This document shows, one piece after another, positions 48,010 through 57,756 of a stretch of 64,000 nucleotides of DNA (position 1 is the first letter of the stretch; each line of letters opens with the position of its first letter). The translations under genes and the position numbers were made by a program. The stretch covers positions 9,004 to 73,003 of the forward strand of contig DATDWM010000018.1 in assembly GCA_036517375.1 (NCBI GenBank), in the 5' to 3' direction. The notes beneath the pieces were generated by a model. It was given only the letters and a program-made list of their open reading frames with translations. It did not search any database and had not been told where the DNA came from. This DNA is from Minisyncoccota bacterium. Its GTDB lineage: Bacteria > Patescibacteriota > Minisyncoccia > Phycocordibacterales > UBA9973.

Positions 48010-48528
48010 ATGAAAAAGAACGTCAAGGTGGGCATCATTATGGGCTCCGATTCCGACTTAGAAGTAATGTCTGGTGCCGCCAAGGTTCTGGAGGAGTTTG
48101 GGGTAATCTATGACATGACTGTGGCTTCAGCTCATAGAGCTCCTAACTTAGTTCACGAATACGCCATGAGTGCTTCCGAGAGAGGTATGAAAATAATAAT
48201 TGCTGGTGCAGGAGGATCATTCCACCTAGGAGGAGTTCTGGCCGCGCTGAGCCCTCTACCAGTTATCGGAGTTCCAGTTAAGGCCAAGGCTCTAGAAGGA
48301 CTGGATTCACTTCTTTCGACTGTAAATATGCCTCCTGGGGTTCCAGTGGCCACGGTAGGGATAGACGCGTCTAAAAATGCAGGACTTCTAGCAGTACAAA
48401 TGCTCGCCATCGCGGACAAGTCCCTCGAAGAGAAGATGATCGCTTACAAAGCGAAGATGGAAGCAGAAAATAAAGCCAAGGGTGAGAAGCTGGAAGAAAT
48501 CGGATATAAAAAATATTTGGAGAAATAA
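48010..48528 (+). CDS. purE: N5-carboxyaminoimidazole ribonucleotide mutase / AIR carboxylase catalytic subunit
   Basis: VGIIMGSDSDLEVM and AGGSFHLGGVLAA. 172 aa. Confidence 0.85.
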   Translation: MKKNVKVGIIMGSDSDLEVMSGAAKVLEEFGVIYDMTVASAHRAPNLVHEYAMSASERGMKIIIAGAGGSFHLGGVLAALSPLPVIGVPVKAKALEGLDSLLSTVNMPPGVPVATVGIDASKNAGLLAVQMLAIADKSLEEKMIAYKAKMEAENKAKGEKLEEIGYKKYLEK

Positions 48529-48530
48529 TC

Positions 48531-49562
48531 ATGGCTGACCTTTATACAAAATCAGGAGTAAATATAAAAAAAGGAAACGAAGTTGTAAAAAGGATAAAAA
48601 GTCATGTCGCTTCCACTCACAATAGTTCCGTACTTAAAAACATTGGTAGCTTTGGTGGCTTGTATGACCTTGGAAGTATTTTAAGAAAGTATAAAAATCC
48701 TGTTTTGGTGCAGAGTATTGATGGGGTGGGTACGAAACTCTCCGTTGCAAAAATGATGAATAAGTATGAGTCGGTGGGTGAAGACATTGTGGGTCATAGC
48801 TGTGGAGATATTGTAGCTATGGGGGCACGTCCCATAACCTTTCTAGACTATGTGGCTAATGAAAAATTAGAGCCTGAAATTATGGAGCAGATGGTGCGTG
48901 GCATGTCCAAGGCTTGTCGTTTAGCAGGAGTAGCCTTGATTGGCGGAGAAACAGCTGAAATGCCTGGTACCTATATAAAAGGTGAACACGACATTGCCGG
49001 AGCAATTACTGGTATCGTAGAGAAAAATAAAATAATAACGGGAGAGAAAATAAAAGAAGGGGACATTCTTTTGGGTTTACCGTCTTCGGGATTACATACG
49101 AACGGCTTTTCATTAGCGCGTAAATTACTTTTTAAAACTGCTAAACATACTGTAAAAACAAAAATAAAAGAACTAAGCGAGACAGCAGGGGAAGCACTCC
49201 TGAAAGTACATATAAATTATACAAATCCAGTGCTAAAAGTTATCGACGCGGGAGTAGATGTACGAGGAATCGCACATATTACAGGGGGAGGATTTATTGA
49301 AAATATTCCCAGAATTCTACCGACAGGGCTCGATGCGGAAATAGAGAGAGGTTCGTGGCCCATTCTTCCAATTTTCACTTATCTACAAAAGATTGGTAAA
49401 ATTGGAGAGCGAGAAATGTACACAGTTTTCAATATGGGTATTGGGATGATTATGGTCGTACCGAGAAAAGAAAAGGTAAATCTTGAAGTGTTATTAAAAG
49501 ACCAGAATATTTTCTGGATTGGAAAAATTATTCAAGGATCAGGTAAAGTAATTTTAAATTAG
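48531..49562 (+). CDS. purM: Phosphoribosylformylglycinamidine cyclo-ligase (AIR synthetase)
   Basis: PurM fold: GLYDLG..., DGVGTK, and C-terminal GGGFIEN. 343 aa. Confidence 0.9.
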   Translation: MADLYTKSGVNIKKGNEVVKRIKSHVASTHNSSVLKNIGSFGGLYDLGSILRKYKNPVLVQSIDGVGTKLSVAKMMNKYESVGEDIVGHSCGDIVAMGARPITFLDYVANEKLEPEIMEQMVRGMSKACRLAGVALIGGETAEMPGTYIKGEHDIAGAITGIVEKNKIITGEKIKEGDILLGLPSSGLHTNGFSLARKLLFKTAKHTVKTKIKELSETAGEALLKVHINYTNPVLKVIDAGVDVRGIAHITGGGFIENIPRILPTGLDAEIERGSWPILPIFTYLQKIGKIGEREMYTVFNMGIGMIMVVPRKEKVNLEVLLKDQNIFWIGKIIQGSGKVILN

Positions 49563-49565
49563 TAT

Positions 49566-50525
49566 ATGAATATAGAAAAAATAAAAGAACATATCGATGA
49601 TGTTTTAGTAGAAACAAATTTTACAAACTTGGGTGAAAAGAAGGTGGGTAAGGTGCGGGATGTGTATGTAGCAAGCGACCATATTACCCTAATTTCTACT
49701 GACAGACACTCATCTTTTGACAGGAATATCGCATCCATTCCTTTTAAGGGAGAAATACTGACCCAAATTAGTCTGTTTTGGTTCGAGCAAACTAAAGACA
49801 TAATTCAAAACCACATAATATCCAATCCGGATCCAGCAGCTGTAGTGGTTAAGAAGTGCAAAGTTATACCAATTGAGATGGTAGTCAGGGGATACATTAC
49901 TGGCTCCACTAACACCTCGCTTTGGACACTTTACAAAAATGGCGAACGAAATTTCGGCAATTTTACTTTACCGGATGGCATAAAGAAGAATCAGAAGTTG
50001 ACAGAACCAGTTCTAACTCCCACAACAAAGTCAGATGAGCATGACAGACCCATCACACCAAAAGAAATTGTAGACGAAGGAATAGTTCCTGAAAATATCT
50101 GGAACGAAATGGCACAAAAAGCGAAAGACGTGTTTAAGCGAGGGCAGGAGATAGCTCTATCTCATGGACTCATACTCGTAGATACAAAGTACGAATTCGG
50201 ACTCGATGAAAATGGCAAACTTACCTTAATCGACGAAGTTCATACGCCAGACTCTTCTCGCTACTGGAAAAGTAACACTTATGATGAGAGATTCGGTCAG
50301 GGCCTCGATCCAGAGTTCTTCGACAAAGAATTCTTAAGACTCTGGTTTAAAGACAATTGTGATCCATACAATGACAAAGTGTTACCAAAAGCGCCACCAG
50401 AGCTCGTAGCTGAGCTTTCAAGGCGATATATTGAAATTTACGAAACCATAACTGGCAGAACATTTAAACATGATTTTTCCAAACCAATTCTCGAGAGGAT
50501 TACCCATAACCTAAGTAAAATATAA
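49566..50525 (+). CDS. purC: SAICAR synthetase (long form)
   Basis: GKVRDVY N-terminal motif and a SAICAR-synthetase ATP-grasp-like core. 319 aa. Confidence 0.85.
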   Translation: MNIEKIKEHIDDVLVETNFTNLGEKKVGKVRDVYVASDHITLISTDRHSSFDRNIASIPFKGEILTQISLFWFEQTKDIIQNHIISNPDPAAVVVKKCKVIPIEMVVRGYITGSTNTSLWTLYKNGERNFGNFTLPDGIKKNQKLTEPVLTPTTKSDEHDRPITPKEIVDEGIVPENIWNEMAQKAKDVFKRGQEIALSHGLILVDTKYEFGLDENGKLTLIDEVHTPDSSRYWKSNTYDERFGQGLDPEFFDKEFLRLWFKDNCDPYNDKVLPKAPPELVAELSRRYIEIYETITGRTFKHDFSKPILERITHNLSKI

Positions 50526-51886
50526 TGGAAGGCGCCATCAATCCCCTAGACGGAAGATACTTCGAGAAAACTCGAGCTCTTTCACCTTACTTTTCTGAAA
50601 AAGCATTAATGAAGTACCGAGTGCAAGTAGAGTGTGAATATTTAATTAGCTTGTCTAACTTGGGTAAAACAGGACTGCGTAAATTTACATCGAGTGATGT
50701 GAAAATTGTAAGAAATATTTATGAAAAATTCGACACGAAATCTTATAAGGAGATAAAAACGCTGGAAGCAACGACCAATCACGATGTAAAAGCAGTAGAA
50801 TATTTCATTAAAGAAAATTTAAAAAAAACATCACTTAAAGACAGCATTGAATGGGTTCATTTTGCTTTAACTTCCGAAGATACCAATAACATTGCGTATG
50901 CACTTTTACTTTCAGATGCGCTAGAACAGGCAATGGTGCCAGAAATTAAAAAAATAACTACGGAGCTTACGAGTCTGGCTAAAAAATATAAGGACTTGCC
51001 AATGCTCGCGCGTACTCATGGCCAGAGCGCAAGTCCTACAACTTTTGGTAAAGAAATGAAGGTTTTCGCGATAAGAATCGATAAAAAAATCAAGGGATTA
51101 GAAAATATGAAAATCCAAGCCAAACTAAACGGCGCAACTGGTAACTATAATGCACACATTGCAGCATACCCTCGGGTGGACTGGCTCGCTTTCAGCACTA
51201 ATTTTATTGAAAGTTTTAATAAAAAAAGATCTCAGAAACTGGAAGTTAATTTATTCACCACTCAAATAGAGTGCCACGATAGTTATGTAACGGTATTCGA
51301 CATTGTGAGACGAATAAATAACGTGCTCCTCGATTTCAACCAAGACATCTGGCGATATATTTCCGATGGTTGGGTTACACAGAAGCCTAAAGCGGGAGAA
51401 ACAGGTTCTTCGACTATGCCTCATAAAGTAAACCCGATTGATTTCGAAAATAGCGAAGGAAACCTGGGAGTGGCCAATGCGCTCTTTGAATTTTTTGCTC
51501 GCAAGTTGCCGATTTCTAGATTACAGCGAGATCTGTCGGATTCCACTGTGGAGCGCGCCTTCGGTACAGCTTTTGGTCATTCATACTTGGCCTACACTTC
51601 ACTTCTTAAAGGATTAAGTAAGGTGGGAGTCAATGAAATAAAAATTAAAGAAGATTTATTAGCCCATCCGGAAGTAATCGCGGAAGCAATCCAGACAGTT
51701 TTACGACGAGAAAATTACCCTGTGCCTTATGAAGCTCTAAAAGAGCTTACTCGCGGGAAAGAGGTGACCCTAGAAGACTTTGCTAATTTTATTGATAAAC
51801 TCAAAGTAGCACCACATATCAAACTAGAACTAAAGAAATTTACACCACTTACTTACATCGGCCTTGCATCCAAGCTCGCGTCTTAG
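50525..51886 (+). CDS. purB: Adenylosuccinate lyase
   Basis: Fumarase/aspartase family signature SSTMPHKVNP. 453 aa. The start overlaps the purC stop. Confidence 0.85.
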   Translation: MEGAINPLDGRYFEKTRALSPYFSEKALMKYRVQVECEYLISLSNLGKTGLRKFTSSDVKIVRNIYEKFDTKSYKEIKTLEATTNHDVKAVEYFIKENLKKTSLKDSIEWVHFALTSEDTNNIAYALLLSDALEQAMVPEIKKITTELTSLAKKYKDLPMLARTHGQSASPTTFGKEMKVFAIRIDKKIKGLENMKIQAKLNGATGNYNAHIAAYPRVDWLAFSTNFIESFNKKRSQKLEVNLFTTQIECHDSYVTVFDIVRRINNVLLDFNQDIWRYISDGWVTQKPKAGETGSSTMPHKVNPIDFENSEGNLGVANALFEFFARKLPISRLQRDLSDSTVERAFGTAFGHSYLAYTSLLKGLSKVGVNEIKIKEDLLAHPEVIAEAIQTVLRRENYPVPYEALKELTRGKEVTLEDFANFIDKLKVAPHIKLELKKFTPLTYIGLASKLAS

Positions 51887-51910
51887 TTCTCTTTAAGGTA
51901 ATATAGGTAA

Positions 51911-52174
51911 ATGGTATTACGTATTTCCGCTTCAATTTTACTTATAATGAGTGTGCTTTTTATGCCGTTTTGGCTGTCTGTACTTTTGGTGCCGATATTT
52001 ATGTTTTACTTTTCAATTTTCTGGGAAGCGGTCTTGATATTCCTGCTATCAGATCTACTATACGGGACGCCCCTGGTGGGACTTTGGGGTATAACCTACA
52101 TTTCTTTCTTGAGCTCTGCTCTACTGCTTTTAGTGATAGAACTTCTAAAGAAGAAGCTGAAATTTTATAACTGA
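51911..52174 (+). CDS. Small hydrophobic membrane protein (about 3 TM helices), possibly MreD-like given its position upstream of the class B PBP
   Basis: 87 aa, almost entirely hydrophobic (LLIMSVLFMPFWLSVLLVPIFMFYF...). Preferred over the alternative-frame ORF 51970..52170. Confidence 0.4.
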   Translation: MVLRISASILLIMSVLFMPFWLSVLLVPIFMFYFSIFWEAVLIFLLSDLLYGTPLVGLWGITYISFLSSALLLLVIELLKKKLKFYN

Positions 52175-52190
52175 TGAATATAATAAAGAT

Positions 52191-53930
52191 ATGATAGCTA
52201 GAATTTTTACAAAAAGAAAAGTACGGAGAGGAAGTTCGCTGGTGGAACCAGACGAGATTTTCCTTGATTCAACAAATTTAGAAAATTTTAACCGCCAGCA
52301 ATTCGAAGGAAGGATCGAGAAACCAATTTCCAAACGTACTATTTTATTTTTCGGATTTTTCTTTTTTGTATTTGTCCTAGTCTTCTTTGTCCAGCTGGGA
52401 TACTTACAAATAAAGGAGGGTAGTACTTACTATGCAAGAAGCGAAGACAATACTTTAGGGCAGTCTATTATCTTTGCAGATAGGGGAATAATTTATGACC
52501 GCAATAAAATCGAATTAGCTTGGAACAAGAAGGCGGAAGAAGTGCCCACTACTCTCGCGCCTGAAGAAAGACAAATTGCCATTAACGCTTTCGAAATAAG
52601 ATCCTACAAACCAGCTGGCTTTTCCCACCTCTTGGGCTATGTTAGCTATCCCGCTAAAGATAAGCTCGGAAACTACTGGCAGAATGAATTTATAGGTAAG
52701 GATGGTCTAGAGAAACAATACAATGAAATAATCAAAGGAGAGAATGGTTCTAAAATAACGGAAACAGATGCTCGGGGTAAAGTGCAATCAGAAAATATTG
52801 TGAACCCGCCAAAGAGAGGCAATGATCTAGTCACGACAGTAGACGCGCGTATTCAAGAAGAATTATTTGTTCTAATTAAAAACGCGGCGGAAAACTTTTT
52901 ATTCTCGGGTGGTTCAGGAATAATTATGGACATAACAAATGGAGAAGTTCTAACCTCTACCAGCTTCCCGGAGTACAATTCTGAAATTTTATCTTTAGGA
53001 AAAGATAGCGCAACAATTTCAAACTATTTAGAAGACAAAAGGAAGGTCTTTCTAGATCGAAACATTTCCGGCCTCTATACTCCGGGCTCAATCGTAAAAC
53101 CATTTTTAGCATTGGGTGCCTTAGCAGAGGGTATCATTGATCCATATAAGCAAATTTTATCGACTGGATCTATTTCGATACCTAATCCATATTTCCCTGA
53201 TCAAAAAACTATATTTAAAGACTGGCAAGTCAACGGCTGGACAGACATGCGAGAGGCCATAGCTGTATCGAGCGATATTTATTTCTATAGCATTGGAGGA
53301 GGATTTGAAGACCAGAAGGGTCTGGGAATTAAAAATATAGAAAAATATTCCAAGCTTTTTGGAATCGGGGAGTCCACTGGTGTAGATTTACCGGACGAAA
53401 AAGGTGGTGTAATCCCGAGCCCAGAATGGAAATTAGAGAATTTTAATGGCGACATCTGGCGTATTGGAGATACCTACCACACTGCGATCGGACAGTATGG
53501 ATTCCAGGTTACACCCATTGAGATGGCACGTGCTGGTGCCGCTATCGCAAATTCTGGCACTCTAGTGAGGCCGCATTTCGTCCTTGGAGACAAAGAAAAA
53601 GAAGAAGATACTTCGAGAGTAGATTTGCCGGTAGAGTATTTCAAAATAGTACAGGAAGGCATGCGGCAGACGGTGACCCTGGGCACCGCTTTGTCTTTAA
53701 ATGTTCCGTATGTGGAAGTGGCAGCCAAGACCGGTACGGCCCAGCTGGGACTCAGTAAAAATAGGGTGAATTCTTGGGTCATGGGCTTTTTCCCGTATGA
53801 AAATCCTCGCTATGCATTTACAATACTCATGGAGTCCGGACCTACAACGAACAGCGTTAACGCATCTTCCGTAATGCGACAACTTTTAGACTGGATGTCT
53901 TTAAATACTCCTGAATATTTTGCACAGTAG
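52191..53930 (+). CDS. Class B penicillin-binding protein (PBP2/FtsI-type peptidoglycan D,D-transpeptidase)
   Basis: N-terminal TM, dimerisation domain, transpeptidase motifs SIVKPF (SxxK), SSD (SxN-like) and KTGTA. 579 aa. Confidence 0.8.
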   Translation: MIARIFTKRKVRRGSSLVEPDEIFLDSTNLENFNRQQFEGRIEKPISKRTILFFGFFFFVFVLVFFVQLGYLQIKEGSTYYARSEDNTLGQSIIFADRGIIYDRNKIELAWNKKAEEVPTTLAPEERQIAINAFEIRSYKPAGFSHLLGYVSYPAKDKLGNYWQNEFIGKDGLEKQYNEIIKGENGSKITETDARGKVQSENIVNPPKRGNDLVTTVDARIQEELFVLIKNAAENFLFSGGSGIIMDITNGEVLTSTSFPEYNSEILSLGKDSATISNYLEDKRKVFLDRNISGLYTPGSIVKPFLALGALAEGIIDPYKQILSTGSISIPNPYFPDQKTIFKDWQVNGWTDMREAIAVSSDIYFYSIGGGFEDQKGLGIKNIEKYSKLFGIGESTGVDLPDEKGGVIPSPEWKLENFNGDIWRIGDTYHTAIGQYGFQVTPIEMARAGAAIANSGTLVRPHFVLGDKEKEEDTSRVDLPVEYFKIVQEGMRQTVTLGTALSLNVPYVEVAAKTGTAQLGLSKNRVNSWVMGFFPYENPRYAFTILMESGPTTNSVNASSVMRQLLDWMSLNTPEYFAQ

Positions 53931-53934
53931 GGAA

Positions 53935-56421
53935 TTACTTTTGGGTTAAAAATTTAGCGATTGCTTTTTTATCTCTCTTGAGCCACAAAACATTTCCTTC
54001 CAACCTCTCTAGAACTTGCTCGATAGCTCGCTTGGCGCCAGGAGCATCATGCATTTGAAAAAAACGTTTAAATAAAGAAAGGTGTTTCATTTCGGAGCTA
54101 TTAGAAATTGCCTTGATGGCGCGCGCTAAGGTGTGTCCGCCATCACCGTACCTCGTAACGAGAGTCTTCCAGTTCTCCGTCACGAATTTCCACCAAATAT
54201 CTCGGCCAGCCGGATTTAGACCAACTGAAGAAATCATACTTACAGTGTCCTGAGTTCTGACGTCCTTACTCATAGCAAATTTACATACTTCTTTCAAAAT
54301 TTTAGGCTGAGAGAAGTATCCTAGAGCGTGACCAAGCCGATTCTTTTCTTCGTGTAATCTCTCCTTTTTATATTTTGCAGTAAGAATTTTATACTCTTTC
54401 ATCTCGCCATAGCAAGCGATGATCTGATAAGTAGCCGAGCGCACATCTGGTGAAATGTGTCCGCCCTTACTCATGGTAGCGAACTTTTTTCTGGCTTCTT
54501 CTATAATTTTTTTATTTCCTGCGAGTCCTGCACGGGCGATAGCGAGTGAGCGAAGTAGAGCATTAGTATGTAGTTCACCCTCTTTTTTATTCCAGCTGAG
54601 CCGCTTTACAAGCGGAGAGAATAACTCAATTACTAAATTCTGTAAATCATTCTTAGTAGGTGTTTTTGCTAGAATTTGCTCCAGACGGCTGAGCCCTGTG
54701 GCTATTTCTACCCACACTATGTAGCTATCTTCGTTTTTATAAGCGGACAGAAATTCCAGGGCGTCAGTAGTGGAAATGGTACCTGATTCTGCTAGGGCAA
54801 AAAGATCCCTAATTATTCCCAAGCGGTCCGGAGCAGAAAGTGTTTTATCTTGGACCGGAGAATAAAGTTTTTCCAATAATTCTTTTGAGTACTCTGTTCT
54901 AAAAAATCCGCTTTCTCCATAATTTACTTTATTTTTTTTGAAAGTAATAGGAATTACCCACTTGGTCTTATCCTTCGCTTTCTTTTTTGAAATTGGATTT
55001 GCAAAGAATCTACTTTGCGAAAAAGTAACCTTTCCTTTTATCATCTCTGCGCGAACGAGCGGATAGCCTGGCTTAGACGTCCAGTTGCGCATCATTTTTT
55101 CTACTGGCTTACGAGAGACTTTTTCAAAGGACTGCCAAAGATGCAGGGTTTCAGTGTTTTTATAACTATGTTTCTTTAAATAATGCCTTAAGCCGTCTCG
55201 GAAGTCCGCCTCTCCCAGATAGTCCGCCAACATTCGGACAACGGAAGCTCCTTTAGAATATGAAACTTCATCGAATATTTCACCTATTTCGTCCGGATGG
55301 TGTACTTCTACTTCTATGGGATGCGTATTCTTAAGTGCATCAAGCCGGAGTGCAATGCCCTGGGTGTCGGTGGTAAAGCGCTCCCAAATATTCCATTTCG
55401 GAAATAATTTACTAATAACCAAGTAGGGAATATAAGAAGCAAAGCCTTCATTCAACCACAAGTGTGTCCACCATTCCATAGTTACCAAATTACCGAACCA
55501 TTGATGTGCCAATTCATGCGCGATAACTTCAGCGATCAACTCCTTGGAGCCAGTGGATGTATTCTGCTCATCAACTAGAAGCCCCACCTCGCGGAAAGTA
55601 ATAGCGCCCCAATTTTCCATGGCGAGAGATTGAAAGTCCGGGATAGCGATCATATCTAAAGTATCAAGAGGGTATGGAATATCGAAATATTTTTCATAAA
55701 ATTCAAGTGTACGCACAGTAACACCGAGTGCAAATTTGGCTTGATGAACCTTACCTGGAATCGTGTAGACGCGGACAATGACGCCTCGATTCGACTTACG
55801 TTCAATGTATTCAAAGTCTCCCACAATGAAAGCCAGCAGATAAGTCGACATTTTAGGAGTAGGGTGGAATTTTATAATTTGGAACCCGGATTCATGTTCC
55901 GCCACCGAAGCAGGTAGCGTATTCGATATAGCTGTTTTACCGTGAGGTACAATAAGAGAAACGTGGAATACGGCTTTTTGAGCTGGCTCATCAAAACATG
56001 GAAAGGCCCTGCGTGCGTCGGTGGCTTCGAACTGGGTGGTAGCTATGTGGTGCACTGTTTCTCCAATTTTGTATTGGCTTTTATAAAAGCCACGCATTTT
56101 ATCATTCAGTATTCCCTTGAAAACAAGCGTTAGCTCCAATTTTCCCTTCGGTATTAATTTCGGAAATAAGAAAGTTGCTGTTTCCTTCTTTTCATTGTAA
56201 GAAATTTTTGCGAACACCTTTTCCTTAGCAATCAAAATACTGGCTGTTTCTATTTCTAATTCTTTCGAGTGAAGAGTGAGGTAGGAAGAGCTTTTTAAAA
56301 GTGAAAGGGATATAGTTTCAATTCCCTCAAAAGTGAAATTTTCTAGGTCTGGCTTTAGCTCGATCTTGTATTCTACTGGAACGACACTGCTAGGCAGGCG
56401 AACGTCATTTTTCTTTTGCAT
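53935..56421 (-). CDS. pepN: Aminopeptidase N (M1 family)
   Basis: GAMEN (AMENWG) and HELAHQWFGNLVTMEWWTHLWLNEGFA (HExxH-X18-E). 828 aa. Confidence 0.85.
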   Translation of the reverse strand: MQKKNDVRLPSSVVPVEYKIELKPDLENFTFEGIETISLSLLKSSSYLTLHSKELEIETASILIAKEKVFAKISYNEKKETATFLFPKLIPKGKLELTLVFKGILNDKMRGFYKSQYKIGETVHHIATTQFEATDARRAFPCFDEPAQKAVFHVSLIVPHGKTAISNTLPASVAEHESGFQIIKFHPTPKMSTYLLAFIVGDFEYIERKSNRGVIVRVYTIPGKVHQAKFALGVTVRTLEFYEKYFDIPYPLDTLDMIAIPDFQSLAMENWGAITFREVGLLVDEQNTSTGSKELIAEVIAHELAHQWFGNLVTMEWWTHLWLNEGFASYIPYLVISKLFPKWNIWERFTTDTQGIALRLDALKNTHPIEVEVHHPDEIGEIFDEVSYSKGASVVRMLADYLGEADFRDGLRHYLKKHSYKNTETLHLWQSFEKVSRKPVEKMMRNWTSKPGYPLVRAEMIKGKVTFSQSRFFANPISKKKAKDKTKWVIPITFKKNKVNYGESGFFRTEYSKELLEKLYSPVQDKTLSAPDRLGIIRDLFALAESGTISTTDALEFLSAYKNEDSYIVWVEIATGLSRLEQILAKTPTKNDLQNLVIELFSPLVKRLSWNKKEGELHTNALLRSLAIARAGLAGNKKIIEEARKKFATMSKGGHISPDVRSATYQIIACYGEMKEYKILTAKYKKERLHEEKNRLGHALGYFSQPKILKEVCKFAMSKDVRTQDTVSMISSVGLNPAGRDIWWKFVTENWKTLVTRYGDGGHTLARAIKAISNSSEMKHLSLFKRFFQMHDAPGAKRAIEQVLERLEGNVLWLKRDKKAIAKFLTQK

Positions 56422-56443
56422 AAAGAAATGTTAGCATATAACC

Positions 56444-57172
56444 GTGGCAGGAGAAAACTATACAATAAAAACACCTGTATTTGAAGGGCCGTTTGGCGTC
56501 CTGTTAGACCTTATAGAGAAACGGAAGCTTTTTATTAATGACCTGTCGCTTGCCCAGGTTACAGAAGATTATTTAAAATACGTAAGTGAAATTCATGCTA
56601 GAAGTAATAATGAAATTTCAAACTTTATTGTAGTAACAGCAACGCTGATTTTAATCAAGTCAAAGTCCTTACTACCAGACTTAAATCTTACCACTGAGGA
56701 AGAAGGGGACATTAATAGCCTAGAAGAGCGCCTCCGTCTGTATGAAATTTTCACCAAACTTGCCGGAAATATCAAAAGTAATTTCAGTAAAAGAATAATT
56801 TTCGCGCCAATGGAGAGGAAGAATGATGTGTTGGTTTTTTTGCCCGACAGTCAGATAACCCGTGAGTCTATGATGGCTTTTGCCACTGAAGTATTGGGCA
56901 GAATTCCTAAGAAAACACCTCTCACTGAAGTAGAAGTAAAGAAAGTGATAAGCATTGAGGAGATGATAAACCAATTAACCGAGCGCATCCAGAATTCTCT
57001 CAAAATGAATTTCCATGACTTAAGTGGTATAGACGGGAAGCCTAAGACTAGAGAAGAAAAAGTTCTTGTGATAGTATCTTTCCTAGCAATGCTTGAGCTA
57101 GTACGTCAAGGAATGATGAACGCTATTCAAGAAAATAACGGGGAAGATATTTTTATAGAAAAAACAAGATAA
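56444..57172 (+). CDS. scpA: Segregation and condensation protein A
   Basis: 242 aa. The N-terminal FEGPFGVLLDLIEKRKLFINDLSLAQVTEDYLKY is characteristic of ScpA. Confidence 0.8.
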   Translation: MAGENYTIKTPVFEGPFGVLLDLIEKRKLFINDLSLAQVTEDYLKYVSEIHARSNNEISNFIVVTATLILIKSKSLLPDLNLTTEEEGDINSLEERLRLYEIFTKLAGNIKSNFSKRIIFAPMERKNDVLVFLPDSQITRESMMAFATEVLGRIPKKTPLTEVEVKKVISIEEMINQLTERIQNSLKMNFHDLSGIDGKPKTREEKVLVIVSFLAMLELVRQGMMNAIQENNGEDIFIEKTR

Positions 57173-57195
57173 AGTAACTGAAAATTTATAAATTT

Positions 57196-57756
57196 ATGGA
57201 ATTAGAAAAAAAGATAGAAGCAGTATTGTTCTGGAAGGGGGAGCCTATGTCACGCAAAAAGCTGGGTGAGATTTTAAATGTGGGAATAACAGAAATAAAT
57301 GATAGTATCGAGAAACTAAAAAATAATTTGCAAGGTAGGGGAATAGCCTTACTTGAAAAGGATAATGAAATTACCTTTGGTACCGTACCAGAGCTTTCAA
57401 GCCTTATTGAAAATTTACAAAAAGAAGAATTAAATAAAGACCTCTCTCGCGCAGCATTGGAAACTTTATCGATAGTGCTTTATAAAAATGGAGCGAGTCG
57501 CTCTGAGGTCGACTACATCCGAGGAGTGAATTCCAGCTTCACCCTACGCGCCCTATCTGTGAGGGGGCTAGTGGAGAAGATTACTGACCCAGCGGACAGC
57601 CGCAGATATATTTATCGTCCGAGCTTTGAACTCCTGTCCTTTATGGGAATAAAGTCCGTGGAAGAGCTTCCAGCGTATAACGATATAAATAACTCGATTA
57701 AAATTTCTGCAGAAAACTTAGCTACGGAACTTTCCAATGACGCCGAACGAAACTAA
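57196..57756 (+). CDS. scpB: Segregation and condensation protein B
   Basis: 186 aa. IEAVLFWKGEPMSRKKLGEIL winged-helix repeats, immediately downstream of scpA. Confidence 0.8.
   Translation: MELEKKIEAVLFWKGEPMSRKKLGEILNVGITEINDSIEKLKNNLQGRGIALLEKDNEITFGTVPELSSLIENLQKEELNKDLSRAALETLSIVLYKNGASRSEVDYIRGVNSSFTLRALSVRGLVEKITDPADSRRYIYRPSFELLSFMGIKSVEELPAYNDINNSIKISAENLATELSNDAERN

Noticed and set aside
51970-52170. 66-aa alternative-frame ORF overlapping the small membrane ORF
   Set aside because: The other frame gives a coherent 3-TM hydrophobic protein, whereas this one has a mixed, non-protein-like composition.
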